In this document: piece by piece, positions 20,852 through 30,550 of the stretch | Layout: each line of letters begins with the position of its first letter | How positions within the stretch are numbered: position 1 is the stretch's first letter | Source of the DNA: an uncultured Acidobacteriota bacterium | GTDB lineage: Bacteria; Acidobacteriota; Thermoanaerobaculia; UBA5066; DATFVB01 | Assembly: GCA_963813155.1 (NCBI GenBank) | Contig: CAWEYG010000003.1 | Location: 320,001 to 384,000 of the forward strand | Length of the DNA: 64,000 nt | Reading direction: 5' to 3' | The notes under the pieces: model-generated | What the model saw: only the letters and a program-made list of their open reading frames with translations | Told to the model about the DNA's origin: nothing | Databases searched by the model: none | Position numbers and translations under genes: made by a program

Positions 20852-21979
20852 GTGGGTATCACCGGAAACCTCAAGACCATGGTGCTGTCGGAGCTCCTCC
20901 AGTGGCTCTCGCTGGGGGTCAAGACGGGGACCCTCCTCGTCGAGGGACGCGGAATCCAGAAGAGGATCTATTTCGGCGATGGCCGGATCACGTCCACGTC
21001 GTCGTCGGATCCCCGCGAATACCTGGGCCAGTTCCTCGTGTCGCACGGGTACATCAGCGAGGAAGAGCTGAAAATGGCGATGCAGGTCCAGGAAGAGTCG
21101 TCGATCCTCCTCGGGAAGATCCTCGTCATGATCAACGCGATCTCCGAGCCCGACCTTCTTCGGCTGATGAAGAAGAAAGCCGAGGAGTCGATCTACGACA
21201 TCTTCCTCTGGCCGGAAGGCGAGTTCGAGTTCGTCGACAACGAGGTGCCCGATCAACAGATGGTCGCCCTGTCGCTCGACGTCACCGGAATCGTCATGGA
21301 AGGCCTTCGTCGTTTCGACGAGTGGAAGCAGATCCGGCAGAGGCTGCCCGTGCTTTCGGTCGTGCCGAAGATCGTGGGCACGTTCTCCCTCGACAACTTC
21401 TCGGACCAGGAGAAACTGGTCGTCCCCTACATCAACGGGGAGCGGTCGATCGAGGAGATTGCGGTGCAGACGCACAACGCGGATTTCGTCGTCGCGCGAA
21501 TCGTCAACGAGGGCCTTCGGGAAGGGACGATCGTCCTCGACCGGAGCCTTCCGCATGCCGAAGAGGTCGAGGAATCCGAGAAGAAGATTTCCGGCGACGT
21601 GGAGCAGTTTCTTCGCCGCGGCCGCTCGATGATGAACCAGGACCCCGAGACGGCCTGGAAGATGTTCAAGGCCGCCTCCGAGCTGGACCCCTCCGACCCC
21701 CGGCCGCGCGAGTCCCTGCGGCAGACGGAAGACCGGCTCGCGGCCTTCCTGAAGGCGGGAGGCGTCGAGCGCCACAAGGTCCCCGTCCTGAACATCCCGA
21801 TCGCCGAAGTGACGAACCTTTCCTTGACGCCGAACGAGGGATTCGTCCTCTCCCGGATCAACGGGACCTGGGACGTGAACTCGATCGCGAAGATCTCGCC
21901 GATTCGGGAGATGGAGGTTCTCCTGATCTTCCGGAAGTTCGTCTCCGAGAAGGTGATCCGCTGGAAGGAGAAGAGCTGA
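20852..21979 (+). CDS. DUF4388 (PatA-N-like) domain protein with TPR-like and C-terminal wHTH-like segments
   Basis: GITGNLKTMVLSELLQWL..KTGTL and W.EGEFEF motifs, ME.LRR.DEW. Confidence 0.8.
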   Translation: MGITGNLKTMVLSELLQWLSLGVKTGTLLVEGRGIQKRIYFGDGRITSTSSSDPREYLGQFLVSHGYISEEELKMAMQVQEESSILLGKILVMINAISEPDLLRLMKKKAEESIYDIFLWPEGEFEFVDNEVPDQQMVALSLDVTGIVMEGLRRFDEWKQIRQRLPVLSVVPKIVGTFSLDNFSDQEKLVVPYINGERSIEEIAVQTHNADFVVARIVNEGLREGTIVLDRSLPHAEEVEESEKKISGDVEQFLRRGRSMMNQDPETAWKMFKAASELDPSDPRPRESLRQTEDRLAAFLKAGGVERHKVPVLNIPIAEVTNLSLTPNEGFVLSRINGTWDVNSIAKISPIREMEVLLIFRKFVSEKVIRWKEKS

Positions 21980-22595
21980 CCTTTCCCGAAACGGCCGGTT
22001 CGCCCGCAATCCAGTACCGAAGCGGCCAATCCTTCGCCTCTCCCGCATAGTCCACGCCGATCCTCGGAGAGACGGCGATCCGCGATCGGGCGACCGGATC
22101 GAGGCGGATCTCGAATTCGGGCGAATTCAGAAGATCCATCCCGGATTGCGCTTTCGTGATCCCGAGAGCCGCGCAGAGCTTTCCCGGCCCCGACAGGAGA
22201 CGAGGGTCCGCCTCGGGGTGACGCGCCGCACGCAGGAGAACGGCCTGCGGAACTCCCGACCCGCGGGTGACCACGTTCGCGCAGAAATGGAGGCCGTAAA
22301 CCTGAAAGACGTAGAGCAGGCCGCCGTCTCCGTACATCGGCTCGACGCGCTCCGTGCGCCGGCCGCCGAAGGAATGCGCGGCCGCGTCGCGCTCTCCCAG
22401 ATAAGCCTCGACCTCGACGATCCGCGCGCCATGGACCCTCTCGCCGGATGACCGCAGAAGCCAGGCGCCGAGCAGGTCCTTTGCGACGGTTCGGGTGTCG
22501 CGCCGGAAGAAACTCCGGGTCTCGACCCGCGGAGGCAGGCGCGCCGGATCGAGGAGCAGGGCCGGGAGCGGGGTTTCGTTATGCCGGGATGGCAA
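21858..22595 (-). CDS. mpg: DNA-3-methyladenine glycosylase (MPG/AAG family)
   Basis: VAKDLLG, RIVEVEAY, YVFQVYGLH, GPGKLC.ALGI and PRIG motifs. Both ends uncertain, and the 3' tail overlaps the convergent gene. Confidence 0.85.
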   Translation of the reverse strand: MPSRHNETPLPALLLDPARLPPRVETRSFFRRDTRTVAKDLLGAWLLRSSGERVHGARIVEVEAYLGERDAAAHSFGGRRTERVEPMYGDGGLLYVFQVYGLHFCANVVTRGSGVPQAVLLRAARHPEADPRLLSGPGKLCAALGITKAQSGMDLLNSPEFEIRLDPVARSRIAVSPRIGVDYAGEAKDWPLRYWIAGEPAVSGKVSSSPSSGSPSRRRTSGRSGEPPSPESARSSRSSSRPRSR

Positions 22596-23820
22596 TTTCG
22601 GCGCTCAGGCGGCGCTCCGGGACGGGCGCCCATCCCCGCCGAAGGATGAGGAGCGTCTGGTCGTCCTCCACGGGCCCTCCCTGCGTGAACTTGCGGACCT
22701 CCGCGAGGATCGCCGCGAGGATCTCCTCCGCGGACTTCTCGTGGACGGAAGCCACGACGCGCTTCAAGCGCTCGAGGCCGAACTCGACGTCCTTCCTGTC
22801 GTGAGCCTCGACGATTCCGTCGGTGTAAAGGACGAGGACGTCGCCCGGGTCGACCGTCACGAACCCCCTGCTGTACGTCGCCTCCTTCGAAGGTCCCAGG
22901 ACCATCCCGGTCTGCCGCAGAAGCACCGCTTCCGAAGCCTTCCAGAGGATCGGCGGGTTGTGGCCCGCATTGACGTAAATGAAGTTCCCCGATTGCTCCA
23001 GCTCTCCGTAGAACAGCGAAACGAACTTCGAGGTCATCCGTGATTCGTGGATGATGCGGTTCAGCCGTTCCACGGTCTTCACGATCTTGAAATCGCGCGA
23101 AACGCCCATCCGAAGCCCGGTATAAACGTCGCGCACCTGGAGGGCCGCCGGCAGTCCGTGGCCCGACGCGTCGGCGATCGCAACCCCGATGATCTGGTCG
23201 GAGACCGGAATGATGTCGTAAAAATCCCCGCCGACCACCTCGGAGGGGCACGACCTTCCCGCGATCTCGAAGTTTCCGAACCGGGGAAGCCGCTTCGGGA
23301 GGATCGACGTCTGAATCTGCCTCGCCTCCTGCAGCAGCGTGGCGAAGCGCTCCTGCCGGATTTTCTGGTCGACCGCGTGCCGCAGGATCCCGAGGGAGAT
23401 CAGGAGGTCCTCGTCGTTGGCGCCGGGATCGACGGAGAAGGAAAGAATGAACTGCTCCTCCCCCACCGCGATCGCGGCGAAGCGGTCCGCGCCGATCTTC
23501 TCTTCGAACTCGCGGTCGACGCCGGGCGCGTTCAAGTCGAGAACGACGACTCCGCCGTCGAGTACCTGCTCGATCGGAGGGTAGTCGATCGGCACGGAGA
23601 GTCCCGGCGAAACCGGCTTGACGTCGCCGAACGTCCGCGTGATCTCGTAGGCGTTGTCGCGCCGCTCGTAGAGGCGCCCGCCCCGGACGCCGAGGTCGTC
23701 GCGAAAGTTGTCGATCACGGCACCCGCCGCCGACACGACCGTCGACGCGACGTCCGAGGACTTCTCGATCGTCTCGATGGCCCGTTCGACTTTGCGGAAG
23801 AGTGACTTTTTCGAATCCAA
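22579..23820 (-). CDS. SpoIIE/PP2C-type Ser/Thr phosphatase with N-terminal GAF-like region
   Basis: VGGDFYD, IADASGHG, NAGHNPP, LYTDGI.E and EDDQT motifs. Confidence 0.9.
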   Translation of the reverse strand: MDSKKSLFRKVERAIETIEKSSDVASTVVSAAGAVIDNFRDDLGVRGGRLYERRDNAYEITRTFGDVKPVSPGLSVPIDYPPIEQVLDGGVVVLDLNAPGVDREFEEKIGADRFAAIAVGEEQFILSFSVDPGANDEDLLISLGILRHAVDQKIRQERFATLLQEARQIQTSILPKRLPRFGNFEIAGRSCPSEVVGGDFYDIIPVSDQIIGVAIADASGHGLPAALQVRDVYTGLRMGVSRDFKIVKTVERLNRIIHESRMTSKFVSLFYGELEQSGNFIYVNAGHNPPILWKASEAVLLRQTGMVLGPSKEATYSRGFVTVDPGDVLVLYTDGIVEAHDRKDVEFGLERLKRVVASVHEKSAEEILAAILAEVRKFTQGGPVEDDQTLLILRRGWAPVPERRLSAEIAIPA

Positions 23821-23842
23821 GATAGTGGATTCTATGGAGAAA

Positions 23843-25330
23843 TCATCCTTTCGCCAAGAGCGCGCGCAGAACGCGGTCCTCGAAGGCGTGGCCCGTGCCG
23901 TCGTTGACCTTCCGGCCGTTCAGGACGATGGCGAAAACGTAGTTCTTGCCGGATGCCGCCGTCGCGTAGCCGGCGAGAGAGTTGACGTGGTCGAGGCTGC
24001 CGGTCTTCGCGAAGACGCGGCCCCGGACCGAACGGTCCCGGAAGCGATGGCGGAGCGTTCCGTCTCCCCCGCCGGACACCGCGAGCGTGGAGACCCAGTC
24101 CTCCGCGATCGAAGAAACCGCCATCTTGCGGAGGAAGGCGACGATGTCGATCGCCGCGACGTGGTTCGCGGGGTTCAGGCCGCTGCCGTCGTGCAGATCG
24201 TAGCGGCCGGGGTTCAAGCCGAGGGAGCCGACGAAGTCCTTCTCGAGCCGCACGGCTTCGGCCCAGGAGCCCTCTTTCCCTTTTTCGGCCGCCAGCGTCT
24301 TGAAGATCTGCTCGGCGTAGAAGCTCTGGCTGCGCTTGTTGGCCACCGCGATCGACGGAAGGAGGTCCGACGTGGTCGTGGCCACGACCGCCCAGCTCGC
24401 GTCGGGTTTCGCCGCCGATTCGGTCACTTTGCCGTCGATCGCGATCCCGTGCTGCGCGAGGCGTTCCTTCAGGACCGTGCCGAAATACCGCGGCGGATCG
24501 TCGATCGCGATCACGGTGGACCAGCCCGAACGATGGAACGGAACGGTGCCGGCGACGCGCACGACCTGGCTTCCGAAGTTCCGGGCGACGGCGAGCCGCG
24601 CCGGGCGGCGCGCGGAAACGGTCGTCGCCGACGACACGGCCTGGAGGAAATTCGTCGGCGGCTCGAATCGGACCGAGGCCGGCGCGCCCGGGCGCGCTCC
24701 GGGCAGGACTGACACCGAGATGCAGTTGTCGTTGAACGAGAGCGCCGAGATGGGCGCCTGGTACCAGCGGGCCTCCTGCCCGGCCGGCCAGCCCGGATTC
24801 CGGTACGCCGAGTCGAAAAACGACGCGTTTAAAATCAGATCCCCGGACACGCGGCTGACTCCGGCCAGACGCAGGCCGTCCGCCCATCGGTCGAAGATCG
24901 CCTCGATGTCGTTCTCGTAGAAGCGACCCGACAGGTTGGGGTCCCCGCCGCCGAGGACGAGGAGCGAACCCGAAAGGAGCCCGTTCGCGATCGTGCCGTT
25001 GCGATACAGCGTCGTCTTGAACCGGTAGTCGCGGCCGAGTCCGGCAAGCGCGGCGGCGGTCGAGAAGATCTTGGAGACGGAGGCGATCGTGAGCGCTCCG
25101 TCGGGGTTCACCGCGAATACCGGAGCCCCGTCCCCCGCCTCCTCGGCGACGACGATGGACACGCCGGCCGGGGACGCCGGGGGACGAAGCGCCGCGCGCG
25201 CGAGCGCCACGCGAAGCTCGGACGCCCCGTCGGACGGTTTTGCCTCGGCTCCGGACGGAACCGCGAGCGGTCCGGCGAGCGCAACGGCGAGGATCGAAAC
25301 GAGGCATTTCTTTTCCAACCCGCTGGCCAT
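23843..25330 (-). CDS. dacB: D-Ala-D-Ala carboxypeptidase/endopeptidase (PBP4, S13)
   Basis: ASVSK (SxxK), GGGDP, DGSGL and KTGS motifs, signal peptide. Confidence 0.9.
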   Translation of the reverse strand: MASGLEKKCLVSILAVALAGPLAVPSGAEAKPSDGASELRVALARAALRPPASPAGVSIVVAEEAGDGAPVFAVNPDGALTIASVSKIFSTAAALAGLGRDYRFKTTLYRNGTIANGLLSGSLLVLGGGDPNLSGRFYENDIEAIFDRWADGLRLAGVSRVSGDLILNASFFDSAYRNPGWPAGQEARWYQAPISALSFNDNCISVSVLPGARPGAPASVRFEPPTNFLQAVSSATTVSARRPARLAVARNFGSQVVRVAGTVPFHRSGWSTVIAIDDPPRYFGTVLKERLAQHGIAIDGKVTESAAKPDASWAVVATTTSDLLPSIAVANKRSQSFYAEQIFKTLAAEKGKEGSWAEAVRLEKDFVGSLGLNPGRYDLHDGSGLNPANHVAAIDIVAFLRKMAVSSIAEDWVSTLAVSGGGDGTLRHRFRDRSVRGRVFAKTGSLDHVNSLAGYATAASGKNYVFAIVLNGRKVNDGTGHAFEDRVLRALLAKG

Positions 25331-25353
25331 CAAGGGATTATAAAATAGAAATC
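25331..25353. promoter_or_regulatory. Overlapping divergent -10 boxes (putative bidirectional leaderless promoter)
   Basis: TATAAT on - (25337-25342) is 6 nt before the dacB ATG. TAAAAT on + (25341-25346) is 7 nt before the helicase TTG. Confidence 0.6.
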
Positions 25354-27762
25354 TTGATTTTCGACGAAACAACTCGCGTCTTTGAAATATCGGTCCGCGA
25401 ACTGGTGGAAGAAGACGAGAGCTTTCACCGCGTTGGCTTCGAGCGGAGCCGAAGCTGGCGGCGGCTCGCGCTCGGCGGCGAAGCTCATCGTCGAACGCTC
25501 GCATCCCGGATCGACGCCTTCCCGGGCTACCGCGGGGAGGTCTGGGTCTCCGGAGAATTCCAGACTCCGCGCTACCGCGCGATCGTCAGCGGCCGCGCCG
25601 ACGGAATCGTCGAGGGAGAAGAGGGCTCCTGGCTGATCGAGGAATACAAGACCTGCCCCTTCACCGCCGGCGGGATACCCTTCTTCCCTCCGGAGCGGGA
25701 AGCCCGGGCGCGCCGGCAGCTCCTCGTTTACGCAGCGCTCTGGGAGAAAGCGGGCCGCGGACGCGTTCGGACCGCCCTGGTCCTCGTCGACGCCGCGGGG
25801 CGCTTCGAGGAAGCGCGAACGGTCGCCTTCCGCGCGGCGGAAGTCGAAGCGGAAATCGCAGCGACCCTCGAATCGAAGTTCGACCGGCTCGAAAGACTGC
25901 GCGAAGAAAAGCGCGCGAAAGCGGAAGCCGCCGGGACGATCCGCTTCCCGTTCGCCGAGCGACGGCCGATCCAGCGGGAGATGATGGAGGCGATCGACCA
26001 CGCCGCCGCCGAGGGACGGCACCTTCTTCTCCAGAGCCCCACCGGGACCGGAAAGACGGCCGCGGCGCTGCATTCCGCGCTTTCCCAGGCGATGCGCCAG
26101 GGCAAGCGACTTGCTTTCCTGACCGCAAAGACGCTTCAACAGACCCTCGCGGTCGAAACGCTTCGAAAAATCAACGACGGCCAGTTCCGCGTTCTCTGGA
26201 TGCGCGCGAAGGAACGGATGTGCGCGAACGACAGGATTTTCTGCGACGAGGACCATTGCCGCTTCGCCCGCGACTATCCCGTGAAGATGGCTCGATCGGG
26301 GCTCGCCGACCGGCTCCTCGCGACACATCCCGTTCTCGACCCCGACTCGGTCTTCGCGAACGCGCGAGCCGAAGAGGTCTGTCCGTTCGAAGTGCAGATC
26401 GAGCTCGCGCCCCGCGCGGACGTCTTCGTCGGCGACTACAACTACGTCTTCGAGCCGGTGACGGCCCTTCGAGCCTTCGGGCCCGACGAACTGCGAAATT
26501 GCATTCTCGTCGTCGACGAGGCCCACAACCTGCCCGACCGGGCCCGAAAGATCTATTCGCCCTCGATCGACGAGGGCGACGTCGCGCTCATCGAGAATCT
26601 CGCGGCGCTCTCGGTCGGAGACGTCTGGGCCCGGCTCGGCCGCGTCCTCGCGGAGCTCCGCCAGTTCCTTCGTTCCGCGGGCGGGGAGCTGGCGGAGGAA
26701 ACCGGCGCAATCGGCGAGACCGCCTTCTCGGAGGACGATTTCGGCGACTTCCTCGCGCGGTGGGACGAGGCCATGGTGGGGTATTTCGAGTGGAAGCGCG
26801 ACACAAACGACGCCTCGGAGGACGACCCGGTGATCGGCCTTCATTTTTCCGTCGTCCGTTTCGGGGTCGTGCTCCGTTTCGCCGCGGGCAAGCCCGACTT
26901 CGCGAACGTCGTCGAGCGGACGCCGGGCGGCGTGCGCGCTTCGATGATCTGCCTCGACCCCGCGCGCGCTCTCGCGCCGATCCTCAACGCCGCGTCGTCG
27001 ACGATCCTTCTCTCCGCGACGCTCGAGCCGTTCGAGGTCCTGCGCCGCCTGACCGGCCTCTCCCGGGACCGGACCTCCGAGCTCAGCCTTCCGCCGCCGT
27101 TTCCCCGCGAGAATCGCCGCGTGCTCGTCGTCTCTTCGGTCCGGACGACGTTCACGTCTCGGGAAAAGAATTACGACAAAATCGCGGGCCTTCTCGCACG
27201 CATGGCGGACGCCCACGCCGGCAACAACCTCGCCCTGTTCCCCTCCTACAAGTTCCTGCGCGAGGTCTCCAGCCGCCTCCCGCCGATGCAGGCGCGCCTT
27301 CTGGAGCAGCGGGAGCGCCTGACCGACTTCGAGAAGAGCCAGATCCTCGCGGCGCTCGAATCGCCGCCCGAGGAGGGTCTTCTCTTCCTGGCGGTCGCCG
27401 GCGGGATGTACGCGGAAGGCGTGGACTACCCGGGAGAGAAGCTTTCGGGGGTGTTCATCGTGTCCCCATCCCTCCCCCAGGTTTCGTTCGAGCGTCAGCT
27501 CCTGAAGCGGTATTTCGACGAGCACGACGAGTCGGGTTTCGAGTTCGCGTACATCCAGCCGGGCATGACGCGCGTGATCCAGGCCGCGGGCCGGCTCATC
27601 CGCTCGGAGAGCGACCGGGGCGTCGTCGCGCTGCTGTGCCGGCGTTTCGTGGAAGAGCCGTACCAGCGATACCTCCCGCGCGATTGGTACGACGTGAGCC
27701 CGGAGGAGCTCGTGACGCGAGACCCGGAGGGAGCCGTCCGGGAGTTTTTCGCGAATGGATAG
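25354..27762 (+). CDS. DinG/XPD (Rad3) Fe-S helicase with N-terminal PD-(D/E)xK nuclease domain
   Basis: [27 protein letters not shown], Fe-S cysteines (C..C..C..CPF), DEAH, SATL and QAAGRLIR motifs. Confidence 0.9.
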   Translation: MIFDETTRVFEISVRELVEEDESFHRVGFERSRSWRRLALGGEAHRRTLASRIDAFPGYRGEVWVSGEFQTPRYRAIVSGRADGIVEGEEGSWLIEEYKTCPFTAGGIPFFPPEREARARRQLLVYAALWEKAGRGRVRTALVLVDAAGRFEEARTVAFRAAEVEAEIAATLESKFDRLERLREEKRAKAEAAGTIRFPFAERRPIQREMMEAIDHAAAEGRHLLLQSPTGTGKTAAALHSALSQAMRQGKRLAFLTAKTLQQTLAVETLRKINDGQFRVLWMRAKERMCANDRIFCDEDHCRFARDYPVKMARSGLADRLLATHPVLDPDSVFANARAEEVCPFEVQIELAPRADVFVGDYNYVFEPVTALRAFGPDELRNCILVVDEAHNLPDRARKIYSPSIDEGDVALIENLAALSVGDVWARLGRVLAELRQFLRSAGGELAEETGAIGETAFSEDDFGDFLARWDEAMVGYFEWKRDTNDASEDDPVIGLHFSVVRFGVVLRFAAGKPDFANVVERTPGGVRASMICLDPARALAPILNAASSTILLSATLEPFEVLRRLTGLSRDRTSELSLPPPFPRENRRVLVVSSVRTTFTSREKNYDKIAGLLARMADAHAGNNLALFPSYKFLREVSSRLPPMQARLLEQRERLTDFEKSQILAALESPPEEGLLFLAVAGGMYAEGVDYPGEKLSGVFIVSPSLPQVSFERQLLKRYFDEHDESGFEFAYIQPGMTRVIQAAGRLIRSESDRGVVALLCRRFVEEPYQRYLPRDWYDVSPEELVTRDPEGAVREFFANG

Positions 27763-28153
27763 GGGGCCCCGCCTCACCGTCGATTCGCTGACGCTCGACC
27801 CGAGCGGCCGCGTCCTGCTCATCCGCCGCGGCCGTCCACCGTTCGAGGGCCGTTGGGCCCTTCCGGGCGGCTTCGTCGAGATCGGCGAAACCGTCGAAGA
27901 GGCGTGCATCCGCGAAACCCGGGAAGAAACCGGCGTCGATGTCGAAATCGATTCGATTCTGGGCGTCTTTTCGCGCCCCGATCGCGATCCCCGGGGACAC
28001 ACGGTTTCGATCGTCTTTCGCTGCCGACTCGTCGGCGGATCGGCCGCCGGAGGCGACGACGCGGCGGAAGCCCGCTGGTTCGGCCTGGAGCAGGCGAAGT
28101 CCCTCCCGCTGGCGTTCGATCACGCCGAAATCGTCGCGCGGCTCGAGTCGTGA
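27755..28153 (+). CDS. NUDIX hydrolase
   Basis: Nudix box [23 protein letters not shown], plus RDPRGH and LAFDH. Confidence 0.93.
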   Translation: MDRGPRLTVDSLTLDPSGRVLLIRRGRPPFEGRWALPGGFVEIGETVEEACIRETREETGVDVEIDSILGVFSRPDRDPRGHTVSIVFRCRLVGGSAAGGDDAAEARWFGLEQAKSLPLAFDHAEIVARLES

Positions 28154-29017
28154 TCGCCTTTCCGGAGTTCGGGGCGACGATTCTTCCGCACCCGGCGCGG
28201 CCCGGGATTTCCGTGGTCGCCGAGTTCGCGCTTCCGACCGGCTCCTTCAAGGACCGCGGCGCGGCCGCGGTCGTCGCGGGCGCGAAGGCATCCGCCGCCC
28301 GACGGGTCACGCTCGACTCTTCCGGCAACGCGGGCCTCGCTGTCGCGGCCGCCGCGGCCCGCGCGGGTCTCTCTTCGGTCATCCGCGTCGCCGCCTCGAT
28401 CTCCCCCGAAAAAGCGGCCCTCCTCCGCGCGACCGGCGCCCGCCTCGAGACGTATCCCACCCGGGCGGAGGCCGCCGCGGCGTGCGTCCGCGACTCGGAG
28501 TCCTACGACGCGAGCCACGTTCGAAACCCCCTTTTCCGCGCGGGCGTCGCGACGCTGGCCCGTGCCTGGATCGCAAACGCCTCGATCCCGGAGGTCGTCT
28601 ACCTGCCGGTCGGCAACGGGTCTCTCCTGCTCGGCCTGTGGGACGGCCTTCTCGCGCTTCGCGAAAGCGGCCGGATCGACGCTCTCCCGCGGCTCGTCGC
28701 CGTGCAGGCCGAGCGGTGCGCGCCGATTTCGCGCCCGGAATCTCCGGGAGACGGCGTGACGATCGCGGACGGCTGCGCGATCCTCCAACCGCCGGCGGCG
28801 GACGAGATCCGGGCGGCCATCGCGGCGAGCGGCGGCGATGCCGTGACGGCGACGGAGGAGGAGATCGAGCGGGCCTGGGTCGGAGCCTGGCGATGCTGGA
28901 TTTCCGATCGAACCGACGTCCGCGCTTGCGTTCGCGGCCCTGGCGCGCTCCGGGAATTCGGCTCCGTCGGCCGTCATCGCGACCGGATCGGGGCTCAAAG
29001 CTCCTCCCCACCGCTAG
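28150..29017 (+). CDS. Threonine synthase-like PLP-dependent enzyme (frameshifted near 28890)
   Basis: [16 protein letters not shown] and PVGNG motifs. The C-terminal EPTSA...TGSGLK lies in a shifted frame ending at TAG 29017. Confidence 0.8.
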
Positions 29018-29033
29018 AGTGAACGACGGGAGG

Positions 29034-29207
29034 CTAGGACCCCGTTTTCTCCGGAAAATTCCCCTTCAGCCACGACTTCTTGTTGCGATTCCACTCGTCT
29101 TCGGTTCGTTTCCGATTGATCTCGGCCGCGCGCGCGCGGCGCTCGTCGTCCGCGGCCGGATCGGGCGCGCCGGCGGAACCCGGGTTCTCGCTGTCCGATT
29201 CGCTCAT
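29034..29207 (-). CDS. Small hypothetical protein (57 aa)
   Basis: MSESDSENPGSAGAPDPAADDERRARAAEINRKRTEDEWNRNKKSWLKGNFPEKTGS. It fills the gap between genes, and TAGAAT lies 7 nt before the ATG. Confidence 0.55.
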   Translation of the reverse strand: MSESDSENPGSAGAPDPAADDERRARAAEINRKRTEDEWNRNKKSWLKGNFPEKTGS

Positions 29208-29217
29208 GGAGGCGATT

Positions 29218-30516
29218 CTACTCGACGAGCGCGGATCGTCGAACCGTGAGGACGGTCGTGCTGACGGCCGCGAGCAGGATGCCGTTGAAGACGAGCACCG
29301 CGGTCACCGACGTCCTCGCGGCGACGGCTCCCGCGATCACGTTTCCGAGAGGGATCGCTCCCCGGAAAGCGAGCATGTAGACCGATCCCACGCGGCCCCG
29401 CATCTCGTCCGGCACGACGGTCTGGACCAGCGACATCAACATGGTGAAAACCATCGACAGCGCGACGCCGCCGCAGAACAGCAGCGCGCAGGAAAGCGTG
29501 AAGTTCCGCGAGAGAGCGAACGCCACGATGATTGCGGCGAAAACGACCTGGGCCGAAACCGCGCGGATGCCCTTGCGCCCGGAATGCGAGAGCCGCGCCG
29601 CCGCGACGGCGCCGAGCACCGCGCCGACTCCGAAGAACGTCAGGAAGCGGCCATAGGCGCGAACGTCTTTCGCGAAGATCGCCTTCGCAAAGACCGGCAG
29701 GAACGTGGTCAACGGAAAAGCGAGAAAGCTCCCCGCGAAAGCGAGGAGAATGAGCGCCGTCAACGCCGGCGTCCGCCGGATGAAAGCCAGGCTCTCGCGG
29801 AGGCTCTGGGCCACCGGCGGATGCTTTCCCGCTTTCCGGACGAAGCGGTTCCCGATCAGCAGCAGGGCCGCGATGACGACGAAGAAGGAAAGCCCGTTGA
29901 GCCCGAAACACACGGGCGCCCCGTACTTCTGGTACGCGGCCGCCGCCAGCACCGGGCCAACGACGCGCGCGAGATTGAACTGAGTCGACTGAAGGGACAC
30001 GGCGTTCGGTACGTCCTCTTTCTCGACGAGAGTGGGGACGAGCGCCTGATAGGCGGGGCCGCCGAAGGATTGGGCGACGCCCGTCAGGAAGGAGAGCAGA
30101 AGGATGTGCCAGATGTGGACCTGGTGGAACCAGACGAGCGCGCCGAGAACGAACGCGTTCGTGAGTTGGACGATCTGGGAGCAGAGCAGGATCTTTCGCC
30201 GGTCATACCGGTCGGCGACGACTCCACCGATCAGGGAAAACAGAATGAACGGCGCGTCGCCGAGAAAGGCGTCCAGACCCAGCCAGAACGCCGAGCGCGT
30301 CATGTCGAAGATCAGCCAGTTCTGCGCCACCTCCTGCATCCAGGTCCCACAGGAGGAGGTGAACGATCCGGACCAGAGCAGGCGGTAATCCCGATACGAA
30401 AAGGCCCGAAACGTTTTTCGCCAGCCCCTCGCGTCCGCGGCCGGACTCTCCGGGATCGACGAGATCCTCGGGGATTCGTCAGCGCCGGGCGAATCGCCGA
30501 TTTCCTTGTCGCCCAT
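29218..30516 (-). CDS. MFS transporter (MFS_3/DHA3-like)
   Basis: About 12 TM segments, GGVVADRYDRRK and EMRGRV motifs. Confidence 0.92.
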   Translation of the reverse strand: MGDKEIGDSPGADESPRISSIPESPAADARGWRKTFRAFSYRDYRLLWSGSFTSSCGTWMQEVAQNWLIFDMTRSAFWLGLDAFLGDAPFILFSLIGGVVADRYDRRKILLCSQIVQLTNAFVLGALVWFHQVHIWHILLLSFLTGVAQSFGGPAYQALVPTLVEKEDVPNAVSLQSTQFNLARVVGPVLAAAAYQKYGAPVCFGLNGLSFFVVIAALLLIGNRFVRKAGKHPPVAQSLRESLAFIRRTPALTALILLAFAGSFLAFPLTTFLPVFAKAIFAKDVRAYGRFLTFFGVGAVLGAVAAARLSHSGRKGIRAVSAQVVFAAIIVAFALSRNFTLSCALLFCGGVALSMVFTMLMSLVQTVVPDEMRGRVGSVYMLAFRGAIPLGNVIAGAVAARTSVTAVLVFNGILLAAVSTTVLTVRRSALVE

Positions 30517-30550
30517 CTTTCGTATAACGTCCTCGCCCGGGAGAATATAC

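Noticed and set aside
21858-21979. Functional 120-nt antisense overlap between mpg and the DUF4388 gene
   Set aside because: The overlapping mpg tail is low-complexity Ser/Arg after the natural VSG end. It is most simply a lost stop or an indel.
25354-25950. Cas4 / type IV CasDinG CRISPR system
   Set aside because: No cas1, cas2, cas7 or array nearby, and no Cas4 Fe-S cysteines in the nuclease domain. The neighbourhood is housekeeping.
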